64,000 nt of DNA from an uncultured Gemmatimonadaceae bacterium (GTDB lineage Bacteria > Gemmatimonadota > Gemmatimonadetes > Gemmatimonadales > Gemmatimonadaceae): assembly GCA_963740355.1 (NCBI GenBank), contig CAVUDW010000003.1, positions 1,856,001 to 1,920,000 on the forward strand, in the 5' to 3' direction. Below the pieces are notes generated by a model, which worked only from the letters and a program-made list of their open reading frames with translations, made no database searches and was not told the origin of the DNA. The position numbers and the translations under genes were made by a program. The stretch's first letter is position 1; every line of letters begins with the position of its first letter. Shown one piece after another: positions 9,384 to 18,388 of this stretch.

Positions 9384-9779
9384 TCACAGCGACAAAGGAA
9401 CGAGTCGTGCGCGAATCCAGTCGGCCAGCAGCGCCTCCGTGACTTCTCCTCCCGCCAAGGCGACCATCATCTGCACCACATCCACCTCGGTCGCAGACAG
9501 CTCCTTCCCATTGAGTCCGAGGAAGGCCATCATCGTGACGAAAGCAGTGCGCTTGTTCCCATCGCTGAATGGATGCGCGCGCGCGAGTCCAAAGGCATAG
9601 GCTGCCGCCAGCGAGGCAAGGTCGGATGCCGGCTCGTAGGACCACTGCTGCCGTGCACGAGCAAGCGCGTCCTCGAGAGCGTTCTCGTCCCGGACGCCGG
9701 CGAGCCCTCCGTGCTCCCGCAGCTGATCGAGATGGATGGAATCCACGACGATACGCGGCACCCAGCGGGGCTCTCGCAT
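9384..9779 (-). CDS. doc: Doc/Fic family (death-on-curing) toxin
   Basis: HGGLAGVRDENALEDALAR and Fic/Doc motif HPFSDGNKRT. Confidence 0.92.
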   Translation of the reverse strand: MREPRWVPRIVVDSIHLDQLREHGGLAGVRDENALEDALARARQQWSYEPASDLASLAAAYAFGLARAHPFSDGNKRTAFVTMMAFLGLNGKELSATEVDVVQMMVALAGGEVTEALLADWIRARLVPLSL

Positions 9780-9788
9780 GACGCCGGT

Positions 9789-10016
9789 CTACTTGGCCAG
9801 CTCGCGCAACGCGTTGCGGTATTTCTTCGCCGCATGGGCCGCGACCGCGAGTCCAGCCTCGACGTCGGGATCGAACGGTGTCAGGAGAATCCCCTGTGCA
9901 GTCTCGATGGCGAGTACGCGGTCGCCCGCCTCGAGGTGGAGGCGGTCGGCCATATCCTTCGGGATGGTCGCACCAATCGACCCGCCCACCTGGCGCAGTG
10001 TCAGTTCACGGACCAT
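9789..10016 (-). CDS. AbrB/MazE/SpoVT-family antitoxin
   Basis: LRQVGGSIGATIPKDM swapped-hairpin N-terminus and C-terminal KYRNALRELAK. Immediately upstream of doc. Confidence 0.9.
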   Translation of the reverse strand: MVRELTLRQVGGSIGATIPKDMADRLHLEAGDRVLAIETAQGILLTPFDPDVEAGLAVAAHAAKKYRNALRELAK

Positions 10017-10064
10017 CGGTACACCCGCATCATCGGGATTACACCAGAGATTATCGCCAGAACG

Positions 10065-10093
10065 AAAGTAGCATTATTATGCTACCGATGCAA
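10065..10093 (-). promoter_or_regulatory. sigma70-type promoter with palindromic operator upstream of the AbrB-Doc TA operon
   Basis: Minus strand reads TTGCAT-17 bp-TACTTT. Inverted repeat GTAGCAT-N4-ATGCTAC at 10068-10085. Confidence 0.65.
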
Positions 10094-10191
10094 GCACGCC
10101 CTGCCGGCAGCGTGAGAACGCAGAGAGTGAGGCAATCATCACACCGCGACGGCGTCCGCCGACGGACGGTCCGGGCTCCTACGTTGAGCGG

Positions 10192-10420
10192 GATCTCAAA
10201 ACGGTTATGCCGACACATCGCCCAGGCCGTCTGCCCGTGGAGCATGAAGTGCTCGCAGGAACTGGCGTAGGACTTCACGTTCCGGGAGCGGGCGTTCATC
10301 GCAGGGAAGGATGTCGAGACGCTGGCGTCAGACATCGTGGCGCTGGACCAGAACGTGTTCAGCGCGGCCTTCCGGAAGTCGCCGATGAAGCGGGCGATGC
10401 TCGTTCGGTTGCAGCCCAGT
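10192..10420 (+). pseudogene. queG: queG 3' fragment copy 5, preceded by conserved 26-bp junction motif (10192-10217)
   Basis: QAVCPWSMKCSQELA*DFTFRERAFIAGKDVETLASDIVALDQNVFSAAFRKSPMKRAML with an internal stop. Motif is 24/26 identical to 232-257. Confidence 0.8.
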
Positions 10421-10565
10421 GTCACGCGCCGGCTGTACCCTCGCCACAGCTCCGTGCGACGTCATGGACAGCGCGCGTCACCTGATGAGCCGGTTTGCGC
10501 AGCATTCGGGTTCTGGACGAGTGGAGGTACTGATCGCCGGTACCGAACCCGATCAGGAGAACCGC

Positions 10566-11243
10566 GTGCGTCTGACATCTGCCATCACTGGAATCCTGGT
10601 AATCAGTGTGATCGTCACCGATGGCGCAAAGGGGCAGTCGTCGGGCGTGCATTGCGAGCGTCGGGCACCGCTGGTTGCCACCACCGACACGTCACCAGTG
10701 ACAGATGCATCGCGTTTCACAATGGACTCGATGGCGCGGTCGTGCCCGGACCCGGCGCGTTTGTCACACATTGACCCCATGCCCCCCAGCCGACTCCGGG
10801 TGCTCAGCGGAATCGGTGCCGCCGCGGCCGTCGCGCAGGCCATTGACTCGCCGGAGCAGTGGCCGCGGACCACCGTGGGCCTGTTACAGCGTCTCGCGGA
10901 TCGGTCGGGCGCCGTGGCGATTCAGGCACTCACGTACCACGCCGTCAGCCAGCGCCTTGGGTGGGTGCCGGACCAGGTCTCGTGTCCGACGGGCGCACTG
11001 GCACGCGCGCAGTGCGCGATTGCCAGTACGCTGGTCGTGCGAAACGCCCACGGCGCACCCCGCCCCGATGTCGCACGGCTCGCCGGGCTCACACTTGGCT
11101 CGGCTGCCTCGCTGCTCTGGCGCCCTGAGCGTCGCTCGGGCGGTGACGCCGCGCTGTTCGTCCTGACGCGCGTTGGGAGCGGACTCGCCTTCACCGCCCT
11201 GCGCCACGCGGTCGCCCGCCGACGGCCCTCCGGCCAGCACTGA
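10566..11243 (+). CDS. Hypothetical exported/membrane protein
   Basis: RBS (CAGGAG) before GTG at 10566, hydrophobic N-terminus, coding-like composition. Confidence 0.6.
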   Translation: MRLTSAITGILVISVIVTDGAKGQSSGVHCERRAPLVATTDTSPVTDASRFTMDSMARSCPDPARLSHIDPMPPSRLRVLSGIGAAAAVAQAIDSPEQWPRTTVGLLQRLADRSGAVAIQALTYHAVSQRLGWVPDQVSCPTGALARAQCAIASTLVVRNAHGAPRPDVARLAGLTLGSAASLLWRPERRSGGDAALFVLTRVGSGLAFTALRHAVARRRPSGQH

Positions 11244-11388
11244 TCCGCCGTTGTCGTTCCACACGTCCGACCGCTGGGCGGAACCAGCGAGCCCCATGAA
11301 CCCCAGGCCAATCCGTACGCTCCGGTGCCGCGATCCACGTCGAACGTCCGTGCATGTTTTTCGCCCATCACCCTCTGCCCGAACGACG

Positions 11389-11838
11389 ATGCGACATCCC
11401 TACCTCTCGGCGCTGGCCGTCACGCTCCTCGTGCTCGGCTGTCGCGCGGATTCACCGCCGACGGCGCCCGACGCGGTGCCACTCGATCCCGCTGGCAGCA
11501 TGACGATCGGCCCCGGAGTGTCCGGGCGCTGGGTGCGTACCGGCTACGCCGTCACCGGTACGGCCACGCTGACCATCGACGGGACCACGGCCCGGCTCGA
11601 TCTGTCGAGTGATTTCAGCATCGGACAGGCCCCCGGCCCCACGCTGTACCTCAACACGCAAAGCAATCCGAACGGAGGACAGCCGTTGCGCATCGGTGCG
11701 CTGCGCAGCCGCAGTGGCGCGCAGTCGTACTCGTTTCAGGTGCCAGCGGGCATACGCTACACACACATCATCATCTGGTGTGATCCGTTCAACGTGGCGA
11801 TGGCGGAAGTCGTGCTTCCGGCCAGCGGCGGGTCGTGA
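11389..11838 (+). CDS. DM13 domain lipoprotein
   Basis: Lipobox LVLGC; DM13-like DFSIGQAPGPTLYL, GAQSYSF and IIIWCDPFNV. Confidence 0.8.
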   Translation: MRHPYLSALAVTLLVLGCRADSPPTAPDAVPLDPAGSMTIGPGVSGRWVRTGYAVTGTATLTIDGTTARLDLSSDFSIGQAPGPTLYLNTQSNPNGGQPLRIGALRSRSGAQSYSFQVPAGIRYTHIIIWCDPFNVAMAEVVLPASGGS

Positions 11839-11925
11839 CGCCGTGGCGCAGCCAGTACGATTCCATTGATGTGTAGAAGGAGCACCGGCACGGGTGCATG
11901 CCTCGGCGATCTGCGCGAGTCCTCC

Positions 11926-14900
11926 TCAGGAGCCGCCGGAGCCTCGCTGCCCGGCGGCGGCCGCTGCAGCGAAGGGCACGCCGGTGACGCCCGGCCCCTC
12001 AAGCAGCGCGCGATACCATTCACGCGACTCACTGGACCGGCCGCTCCGATGCAGGCAGTCGGCCAGCGCGAGGCGCTCGGGATACTGGCTGAGAACGGGG
12101 TGCCGTGCGCGCAACGACGTCGGGAGGTCGAGCATCGCCTGCTGAAACGCGCCAAGCGCGCCGGCCACGTCGCCGCCGCGCAGCATGCGGTGGCCCGTCA
12201 GCGCGGCGAGCAATGGCGCTGCGACCCGCGAGGGTGTCGCTGATCGCGTCGCCAGCGCACGGAGGGCTCCGGCCAACCCGGTCGAATCGCTGATCCGGAT
12301 GCTCAGCATGCCGAGCAGATATTCCCGCACGTCGCGCTGCTCACGTCCCGTGAGCCCACTGCCCGCATCCACCGGGGTGACGCGGCGTGTCAGGAGTTCG
12401 TTGCGCAGCGAGCGAAGACTGTCGACGGCGATCGTGACGGATGGCGCCAGCGCGAAGAAGGCGCGATCGTCCACACCGCGTGCCGGATCGAGCCCCTCGG
12501 CGATTCGGAACCGCGACGAGGCCGCGACCCAGTTGCCGTCGGCGACATCCAGTGCCGCGAGGGCCCGCAGTCCTTCCGCCCGCGTGTCGGGGGTGGGAGC
12601 TGCCGCCATGGTGTTGGCGTAGGCACGCGCTGCTGAGCGATCGCGCAAGTCGTTCCCGATGCGCTGCAGACCGACGCGGGCGATAGCGGGGTCATCGCGC
12701 AGGTCGACCGGAAGCGTGTTCGCCGGCGCACCAGCGATGCGTCGGCGGTAGAGCGCCATGTACGCCGCACGGATGCCTGGCTGCTCACCGGCGCTGTTGG
12801 GACTGAAGTACATGCTGTACAGCGTGTCGAGCTGGCCGAGCCGATTGGCCTTGGCAGCGAGATCCATCAGGTACACCGTCACTTCGCGATTGCGCGGATC
12901 GAGCGCCATGACCGACTGGAATGCCTTGCCCGCATCCTGAATCGACCGGCCGCGATAGGGATTGCTGCCGAACTGCGTTTCGCCGAGCAGCATCCACGCC
13001 TCGACATCAGTCGGATAGTCGCGGACCATCTGCGCCAGCCGTCGCTCGGCAGCCGTCGGGCTACCGAAGCGCAGATCGTGATAGGCGCGGATCAACGCCT
13101 GCTGACGCGGCGGCAAGGTGCTCGCCAGATCGTATGCACGTTGGGCCGCCGATGAACTGAGGGATTCCACTTCGTTCCAGCGGGCGGCGCGGGCGAGGCG
13201 ATACCATGCCAACGCGAACTGCGAATCGGCCGCCACCGCTTGCTGAAAGTTCTCGACGGCTGCCGCCGGGCGCGCATCGCGAAGCTCGCGCTCGCCGTCG
13301 AGGAAGGCGCGCAATGCGCGCGATGACGATGTCGTCGCCGCGGCGATGCCGGCGACAGTATCAGCGGGCGCCAGCAGTGCGCTGGCGATGAGCTGGCGCA
13401 CGATCGCGTCGACGCCTCGCGCCAGGCTGGCCGTATCGTCCACGGCAGCGAAGGCGCGACCGATCTCACGGCCGTCGATACTGCGCAACGAGGCGCGGAA
13501 GCTGAGCATCCGGCCGCTCTTGACGAGACTCCCGACGACGTATCGATGGGCTTTCACGCGGACCGCAAGCGCACGCGCATCTGCGGAATCGAGCGTCGTG
13601 GCCCCATCGGTGCCCGCCGCGCCGATGATGGTGTTGGGATCGATGCCGCGGACGAGGCCCGTGCCATCGAACGCCGGCGTGAGCAGGTCGACCATCCCCT
13701 CACGCAGGTACGCGATGTCACTGCCGCCACGCGTCGAGAACGGAAGGATGGCGAGCGTCGGCAACGGCTCGTCGGTTCGCACGACTTCCACCGCTGGCGG
13801 CGACACGCCTGCGGCGGGCGTTCGCCGCGTCCACCACGCCGCACCAGCCAGCGCCGCCGCGACGGTGAGGGCAACGAGCGGCGTGCGAACACCACGCGTA
13901 CGGTGCGCCGACGTCGGGAGCGAGCGTGCTGCCTCGCTGTCAGGTGGCAGTTGGACGTCGCGCACGGGCACCGTGGTCCCTGGCATCGCCTGCAACGCCG
14001 CGAGGACGGCGGCGCCGTCGGCGGGCCGGTCATCGGGTGCGGCGCTCAGCATGCGCCGGATCACGGCTGCAAAGGCTGGCGTCGGAGTCGTTCCATCCAG
14101 GCGTGCGAGCGGCGGTAGCGGCCCGTCGATGATCGCGGCGGCGAGGGTCTCCGGGTCGGCCCCGGTGAACGGGCGCCGACCGGTCACCATCTCGAAGAAC
14201 GTGACCCCGAGCGCCCACACGTCGGCGCGCGCACTGCGCGGGGCGCCACGCCAGAGCTCGGGGGCGAGGTATGGGAGTGTCCCGATCAGCCCCTGCCCGC
14301 TCAGCGATGCCGCCTCGTGTTCATGCACGGCGACACCAAAATCGAGCAGACGCGCAACATCACCCTCACCGAAGCCGACATTCGCCGGCTTGATGTCACC
14401 ATGCACGATCCCGGCGTGGTGTGCGCTGGCAAGGCCACGTGCGAGATGATTCGCGATCGTCATCACGTCATCGAGTGTCAGCAGGCCACTGCGCAAGCGA
14501 TCGCGCAGCGTGCCACCGGCGCAGAAGGCCATCACGATGCAGAGTGCACCGTCGGCCGTCGATTCGATCGCGTAAATGGCGCAGACGTGCGGGTCATCGA
14601 GTCGCGACGCCGCCTGCGCTTCGCGGACGAGCCGTGCGCGAGCCACCGCATCGCCGCTCACTGATGGCGCGAGCACCTTGATCGCCACGTCGCGTTCGAG
14701 GAGTGTGTCGCGCCCCCGATAGACGATGCCCGCACCGCCGCTGCCGATCCGCTCGTGCACGACGAAGTGCCGGATGCGGTCCCCGGGCGCGACGACGTCG
14801 GTGCGCGGCGCATCGTGGTCCGGAGACTGCGTGTCGCGCAGGTCATCATGTGCCAGCGCGGGCTGGATGATGTCCGCATGCAGTTCGTCGAGAAATGCTG

Positions 14901-15072
14901 TCGCGCCGTCATGCGCGGCGACCAACGATTCGAGCTCGGCGCGGAACGCTGCGTCGGACCCGTACGTCGTCGCGAGGTACGAGGCGCGCTGCGACGTCGG
15001 CAACGAGATGACGAGCTCGAACGCGCTGCTCAACCGCTCCCAGCTCGCGCGAGCCTCTGGCGGTTCAACCAT
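11926..15072 (-). CDS. Hanks-type Ser/Thr protein kinase with TM segment, TolB_N-like and TPR domains
   Basis: IGSGGAGIVY, VAIKVL, HGDIKPAN, LLDFG, GTLPYLAPE, DVWALG; TM near aa 400; helical repeats. Overlaps the ECF sigma stop. Confidence 0.92.
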   Translation of the reverse strand: MVEPPEARASWERLSSAFELVISLPTSQRASYLATTYGSDAAFRAELESLVAAHDGATAFLDELHADIIQPALAHDDLRDTQSPDHDAPRTDVVAPGDRIRHFVVHERIGSGGAGIVYRGRDTLLERDVAIKVLAPSVSGDAVARARLVREAQAASRLDDPHVCAIYAIESTADGALCIVMAFCAGGTLRDRLRSGLLTLDDVMTIANHLARGLASAHHAGIVHGDIKPANVGFGEGDVARLLDFGVAVHEHEAASLSGQGLIGTLPYLAPELWRGAPRSARADVWALGVTFFEMVTGRRPFTGADPETLAAAIIDGPLPPLARLDGTTPTPAFAAVIRRMLSAAPDDRPADGAAVLAALQAMPGTTVPVRDVQLPPDSEAARSLPTSAHRTRGVRTPLVALTVAAALAGAAWWTRRTPAAGVSPPAVEVVRTDEPLPTLAILPFSTRGGSDIAYLREGMVDLLTPAFDGTGLVRGIDPNTIIGAAGTDGATTLDSADARALAVRVKAHRYVVGSLVKSGRMLSFRASLRSIDGREIGRAFAAVDDTASLARGVDAIVRQLIASALLAPADTVAGIAAATTSSSRALRAFLDGERELRDARPAAAVENFQQAVAADSQFALAWYRLARAARWNEVESLSSSAAQRAYDLASTLPPRQQALIRAYHDLRFGSPTAAERRLAQMVRDYPTDVEAWMLLGETQFGSNPYRGRSIQDAGKAFQSVMALDPRNREVTVYLMDLAAKANRLGQLDTLYSMYFSPNSAGEQPGIRAAYMALYRRRIAGAPANTLPVDLRDDPAIARVGLQRIGNDLRDRSAARAYANTMAAAPTPDTRAEGLRALAALDVADGNWVAASSRFRIAEGLDPARGVDDRAFFALAPSVTIAVDSLRSLRNELLTRRVTPVDAGSGLTGREQRDVREYLLGMLSIRISDSTGLAGALRALATRSATPSRVAAPLLAALTGHRMLRGGDVAGALGAFQQAMLDLPTSLRARHPVLSQYPERLALADCLHRSGRSSESREWYRALLEGPGVTGVPFAAAAAAGQRGSGGS

Positions 15073-15670
15073 GGTTCGTGGTGTCGGCGTCACGCAGCGC
15101 ACGATGCAACCAGGCCTGTGCGACGGCCCAGTCGCGCTTCACGGTCGCCTCAGAGATCTCGAGCGCGAGCGCGGTCTCGGGGATGGACAATCCCCCGAAG
15201 TAGCGGCACTCCACCACGCGACAGGGCCGCGGATGCAACTGCTCGAGACGTAGCAGCGCCGCATCGAGCGCCGCAACGCGATCGACCAGATCATCCGGCA
15301 CGACACCGAGTTTCTCGGCCAGCGCACCATCAAAGGTGTCGACGACCGCGGAGCCGCCACGCTTGAGTGCCTGTGCGTCACGGGCATAGTTGCTGACGAT
15401 CTGCCGGGTGGCCCGCACTGCGACGGCGAAGAAGTGACCACGGTTCTGAACCGAAAGCGAGCCGGCGCCCGCCAGCCGCAGGTAGACTTCGTGCACGAGC
15501 GCGGTCGTTTCGAGCGTGTGATCACCACGGGCGGCATTCCGCCGACGGAGCCGTCGCGCGATCAGCCGCAGTTCATCGTAGACGCGCGCGAACAGCTGGT
15601 CGCCGGCCTTCGTGTCACCATCGCCCCACGCCCGGATCAATCCGGTGACGGAGTCATCGACCTCGGACAC
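15065..15670 (-). CDS. ECF sigma-70 factor (kinase-associated, TIGR02999-like)
   Basis: VTGLIRAWGDGD, LFARVYDELRLIA, HTLETTALVHEVYLRL, KRGG, VVECRYFGGLS, TVKRDWAVAQAWL. Confidence 0.92.
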   Translation of the reverse strand: MSEVDDSVTGLIRAWGDGDTKAGDQLFARVYDELRLIARRLRRRNAARGDHTLETTALVHEVYLRLAGAGSLSVQNRGHFFAVAVRATRQIVSNYARDAQALKRGGSAVVDTFDGALAEKLGVVPDDLVDRVAALDAALLRLEQLHPRPCRVVECRYFGGLSIPETALALEISEATVKRDWAVAQAWLHRALRDADTTNHG

Positions 15671-15849
15671 CCGAACCTCGCACTGGTGGAAAGCGCTGCG
15701 AGCCGGGGCGTTCCGCCACGGGTCCGGAACTGTGGTGCTCCAGATTTCCGACAGACAGCGTTGCTCGACACAATCTATCGAGCGGCATCCAGGTGGCGAA
15801 TCGGTGATGGGTACCGATAGTGACCTGACGAGAGCGATGCACGCGACAC

Positions 15850-15933
15850 CGCGGACACGATCGCCCTCCAGCACCAGGTGTTGGCGCTGCAGGGCGATGG
15901 TGTCCGCGACGTCGCGTCGCTGCGACGTCGCGG
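15850..15933. repeat. Two abutting inverted repeats (27-bp arms, 24/27 matches; 12-bp perfect arms)
   Basis: 15850-15876 pairs with 15882-15908. CCGCGACGTCGC-N6-GCGACGTCGCGG at 15904-15933. Confidence 0.75.
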
Positions 15934-15984
15934 GGCGCCGAACGTGTAGCGTTCCCGTGTCAAGTGGTTCGGTAACGCGGCGAG

Positions 15985-16779
15985 TCAGGCAGACATGCGC
16001 TTCCGTCGCGCGATGACGCCGAGCATCAGCAAGCCCGAACCGAAGAGCACGTAGGTCGCAGGCTCAGGCACGACGGACGACGCGGTGAAATCGATGCGAT
16101 ACACCGCATCGGTGGCGGCCAGACCACTCGAGAAGACGTAGCCAGCGGCCGTCATCTGGCCGTCAAAGCCCATCAGTTCCGCGAAGTTGAACGAGACGAC
16201 GCCGTTCTGCGGCGTGCGGACGTCGTTCATGCCGTTGACCAGGAACGCCGCGCCCCCGACGCTGAAGGTTTCAGACCCAGCGTCCCAGATCTGACCGGCC
16301 GTCTGCGTGATGCTGCTGATCAGCAGATTTCCCGCGTCATCGAAGAGGCGGTATTGCTGCGGATTGTCGTTGCCGATGAAGAAGTCGTTGCTGGGGATGA
16401 CCATCGACGCGAACGAGAAGAACCGGTTCATCCCCGCATTGACGATGAAGCTCTGGCTGCGCGACTGTCCCGGCGTGAGGGCCCCGCCGATCGTGCCGCG
16501 GTTCGCCGTCGGATCCGCGGCGGCAAAGTCGGCTTGCCACTGGCCACCAGCACCGCCTTCAGCGACTGACACGATGCCGGGGCCGCCCGGGTTGCCGATA
16601 TTGAAGGCGTCGAACGCGCCATTGTGGAAGCCGAGGTGCAGTGGCGCGAAGCTGATGCTGTTCGGCTTCGCGAGGTTGGTGATCGTGACCGTCACCATCC
16701 GTTGCTGCGCCTGAATGGCGGATGCAGCGATCGTCAGTACAGTCGTGGCGCGAAACAGTGTCGACATGCAGCGGTTCAT
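15985..16779 (-). CDS. Spondin_N-like domain protein with PEP-CTERM sorting signal
   Basis: Signal peptide, FAPLHLGFH, VAEGG, SMVIPSNDFFIG, WDAGSE; C-terminal VVPEPATYVLFGSGLLMLGVIARRKR. Confidence 0.9.
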   Translation of the reverse strand: MNRCMSTLFRATTVLTIAASAIQAQQRMVTVTITNLAKPNSISFAPLHLGFHNGAFDAFNIGNPGGPGIVSVAEGGAGGQWQADFAAADPTANRGTIGGALTPGQSRSQSFIVNAGMNRFFSFASMVIPSNDFFIGNDNPQQYRLFDDAGNLLISSITQTAGQIWDAGSETFSVGGAAFLVNGMNDVRTPQNGVVSFNFAELMGFDGQMTAAGYVFSSGLAATDAVYRIDFTASSVVPEPATYVLFGSGLLMLGVIARRKRMSA

Positions 16780-17286
16780 GTAGCGAACTCCCTCGATGCG
16801 GTGTGGGTCGGATCCGGGACGGGGCGTCTCCGTTGCAGTGGAGCACCCGATTCCGCGCAAAACCGGCTCATTGCCGCTCTTTAGCTTCGGATCAGCCGCA
16901 CTTTTCCGCTCGAGGGTCTCCGCCAGCCCCCACCGCAGGCGCGGCGCCGGGGTCCACTTTCCCCATCGGGTCGGCACACCACCGACAGCCGCGGCGCCAC
17001 GCCGGCCGGGCTCGGTGTGAGAAGCGCGGCGCCCTGCGCGCGCCGTTGTCACGCACGAGCACTGGATTGCCCACGGTTTCAATGAGCGACGTCCCCCCAC
17101 AAAGGGTTGAGGTCCCGTCGGCCATGCTGGTCCAGTTCCGACGCACGCCGGATCAGCCGACCACCTGTGGTTGATGCCAGGCTCGCACCGCATCAGGTTC
17201 TCTGTACGAACTTCGCGCGTTCCAGCGAGCTCCCAGACTCCGGACGCAAGCGGCAGTGTGCCGGCCACGATCATCCCGAGGACCCG

Positions 17287-17727
17287 ATGACGCCGCCCCG
17301 ACCGATTCACCCGGCCTTCCGCGTGCTGCTCGGTCGCAAGCAGCCCGAGCTGATCGAACTCTTCTCCGATCTCCGAACCTTCATCCTTGAACTGCATCCC
17401 GCGGCGAACGAACTGCTCTATCACACGCACGCGCTGACCGCTGTCTTCTCGGTGTCGGACAAACTGGGCGACGCCTACTGCATGCTTCCGATCTACACCA
17501 AGCACGTCAACCTCGGCTTCAACAAGGGCACGCGGTTACCTGACTCTCACAAATTGCTCGAAGGCACGGGCAACCTGATCCGACATGTGCCGGTGACGCA
17601 GGCCAGCGACTATCGGAATCCGAAGGTGAAGGCGCTGGTCAGGGCCGCCATTGAATTTGCGATGTCGGACATGGATGCACCCTCGTCGTCGGTCGGCAAG
17701 ACGATTTCGAAGATCACGAAGGGTTAG
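17287..17727 (+). CDS. DUF1801 (YdhG-like) domain protein
   Basis: HVNLGFNKGTRLPDSHKLLEGTGNLIRHV motif; GAGGA RBS before the ATG. Confidence 0.8.
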   Translation: MTPPRPIHPAFRVLLGRKQPELIELFSDLRTFILELHPAANELLYHTHALTAVFSVSDKLGDAYCMLPIYTKHVNLGFNKGTRLPDSHKLLEGTGNLIRHVPVTQASDYRNPKVKALVRAAIEFAMSDMDAPSSSVGKTISKITKG

Positions 17728-17866
17728 CCGACTGGAGATGCAGCCCGGTGAAACCAACGGCGTCGCGTGGGCTCACGGAGACGATTCGCGTGTGAGCGGC
17801 GGTCAGCAGCGGGAGTCGTCGTCACTCGAATTCCGGATACGCACGAGACGCCGTAGCTTGTAATGC

Positions 17867-18388
17867 ATGTCCACGACCCCGCAAACCGTCGATTTCATCT
17901 GTGCGCAGTCCGGCCTCGCGCAGCGCATCACTGCCCGCAAGATGTTCGGTGAGTATGCGCTCTACGTCGATGGCAAGGTCGTCGCACTCGTCTGTGATGA
18001 CACGTTGTTCGTGAAGCCGACACCCATGGGAGCCGCATTGCTTGGTGCGGTCGACCTGCAGCCGCCCTATTCGGGCGCCAAGCCACACTTCTGCATCACC
18101 GAGCAGATCGACGACCGCGAGCTGCTCCAGCGACTCTTGCTCCTGACAGCCGAGGCGATGCCGACGCCCAAGGCGAAGGCGCCTGCGAAATCGAAGGCGT
18201 CGGCAGGGACAGCCACGAAGACACCGGCGCGGACTTCCACCTCCGTCGCGGCAACGCGACCCACCGCGAAGACCGCCACGAAGACCGCTACGAAGGCCGC
18301 CACGAAGGCCGCCACGAAGACCGCCACGAAGTCCCCCGTGAAGAAGTCACCAGCAAAACCGTCCGTAAAACCTCGCCCGACGCGATGA
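17867..18388 (+). CDS. TfoX N-terminal domain protein with Lys/Ala/Thr-rich basic tail
   Basis: RKMFGEYALYVDGKVVALVCDDTLFVKPT and PPYSGAKPHF; tail AKTATKTATKAATKAATK. Confidence 0.88.
   Translation: MSTTPQTVDFICAQSGLAQRITARKMFGEYALYVDGKVVALVCDDTLFVKPTPMGAALLGAVDLQPPYSGAKPHFCITEQIDDRELLQRLLLLTAEAMPTPKAKAPAKSKASAGTATKTPARTSTSVAATRPTAKTATKTATKAATKAATKTATKSPVKKSPAKPSVKPRPTR
18271..18330 (+). repeat. Coding tandem repeat, 5 x 12 bp (GRCCGCYACGAA; xATK)
   Basis: Five adjacent units read directly from the sequence. Confidence 0.9.

Noticed and set aside
232..10420. Classical integron with attC sites
   Set aside because: No intI and no convincing RYYYAAC...GTTRRRY palindromic attC sites. The repeats derive from a protein-coding gene and cargo lies on both strands.
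16780..17505. N-terminal extension of the 506-aa ORF
   Set aside because: The signal peptide and RBS place the start at 16779; the extension overlaps the antisense of the DUF1801 gene.
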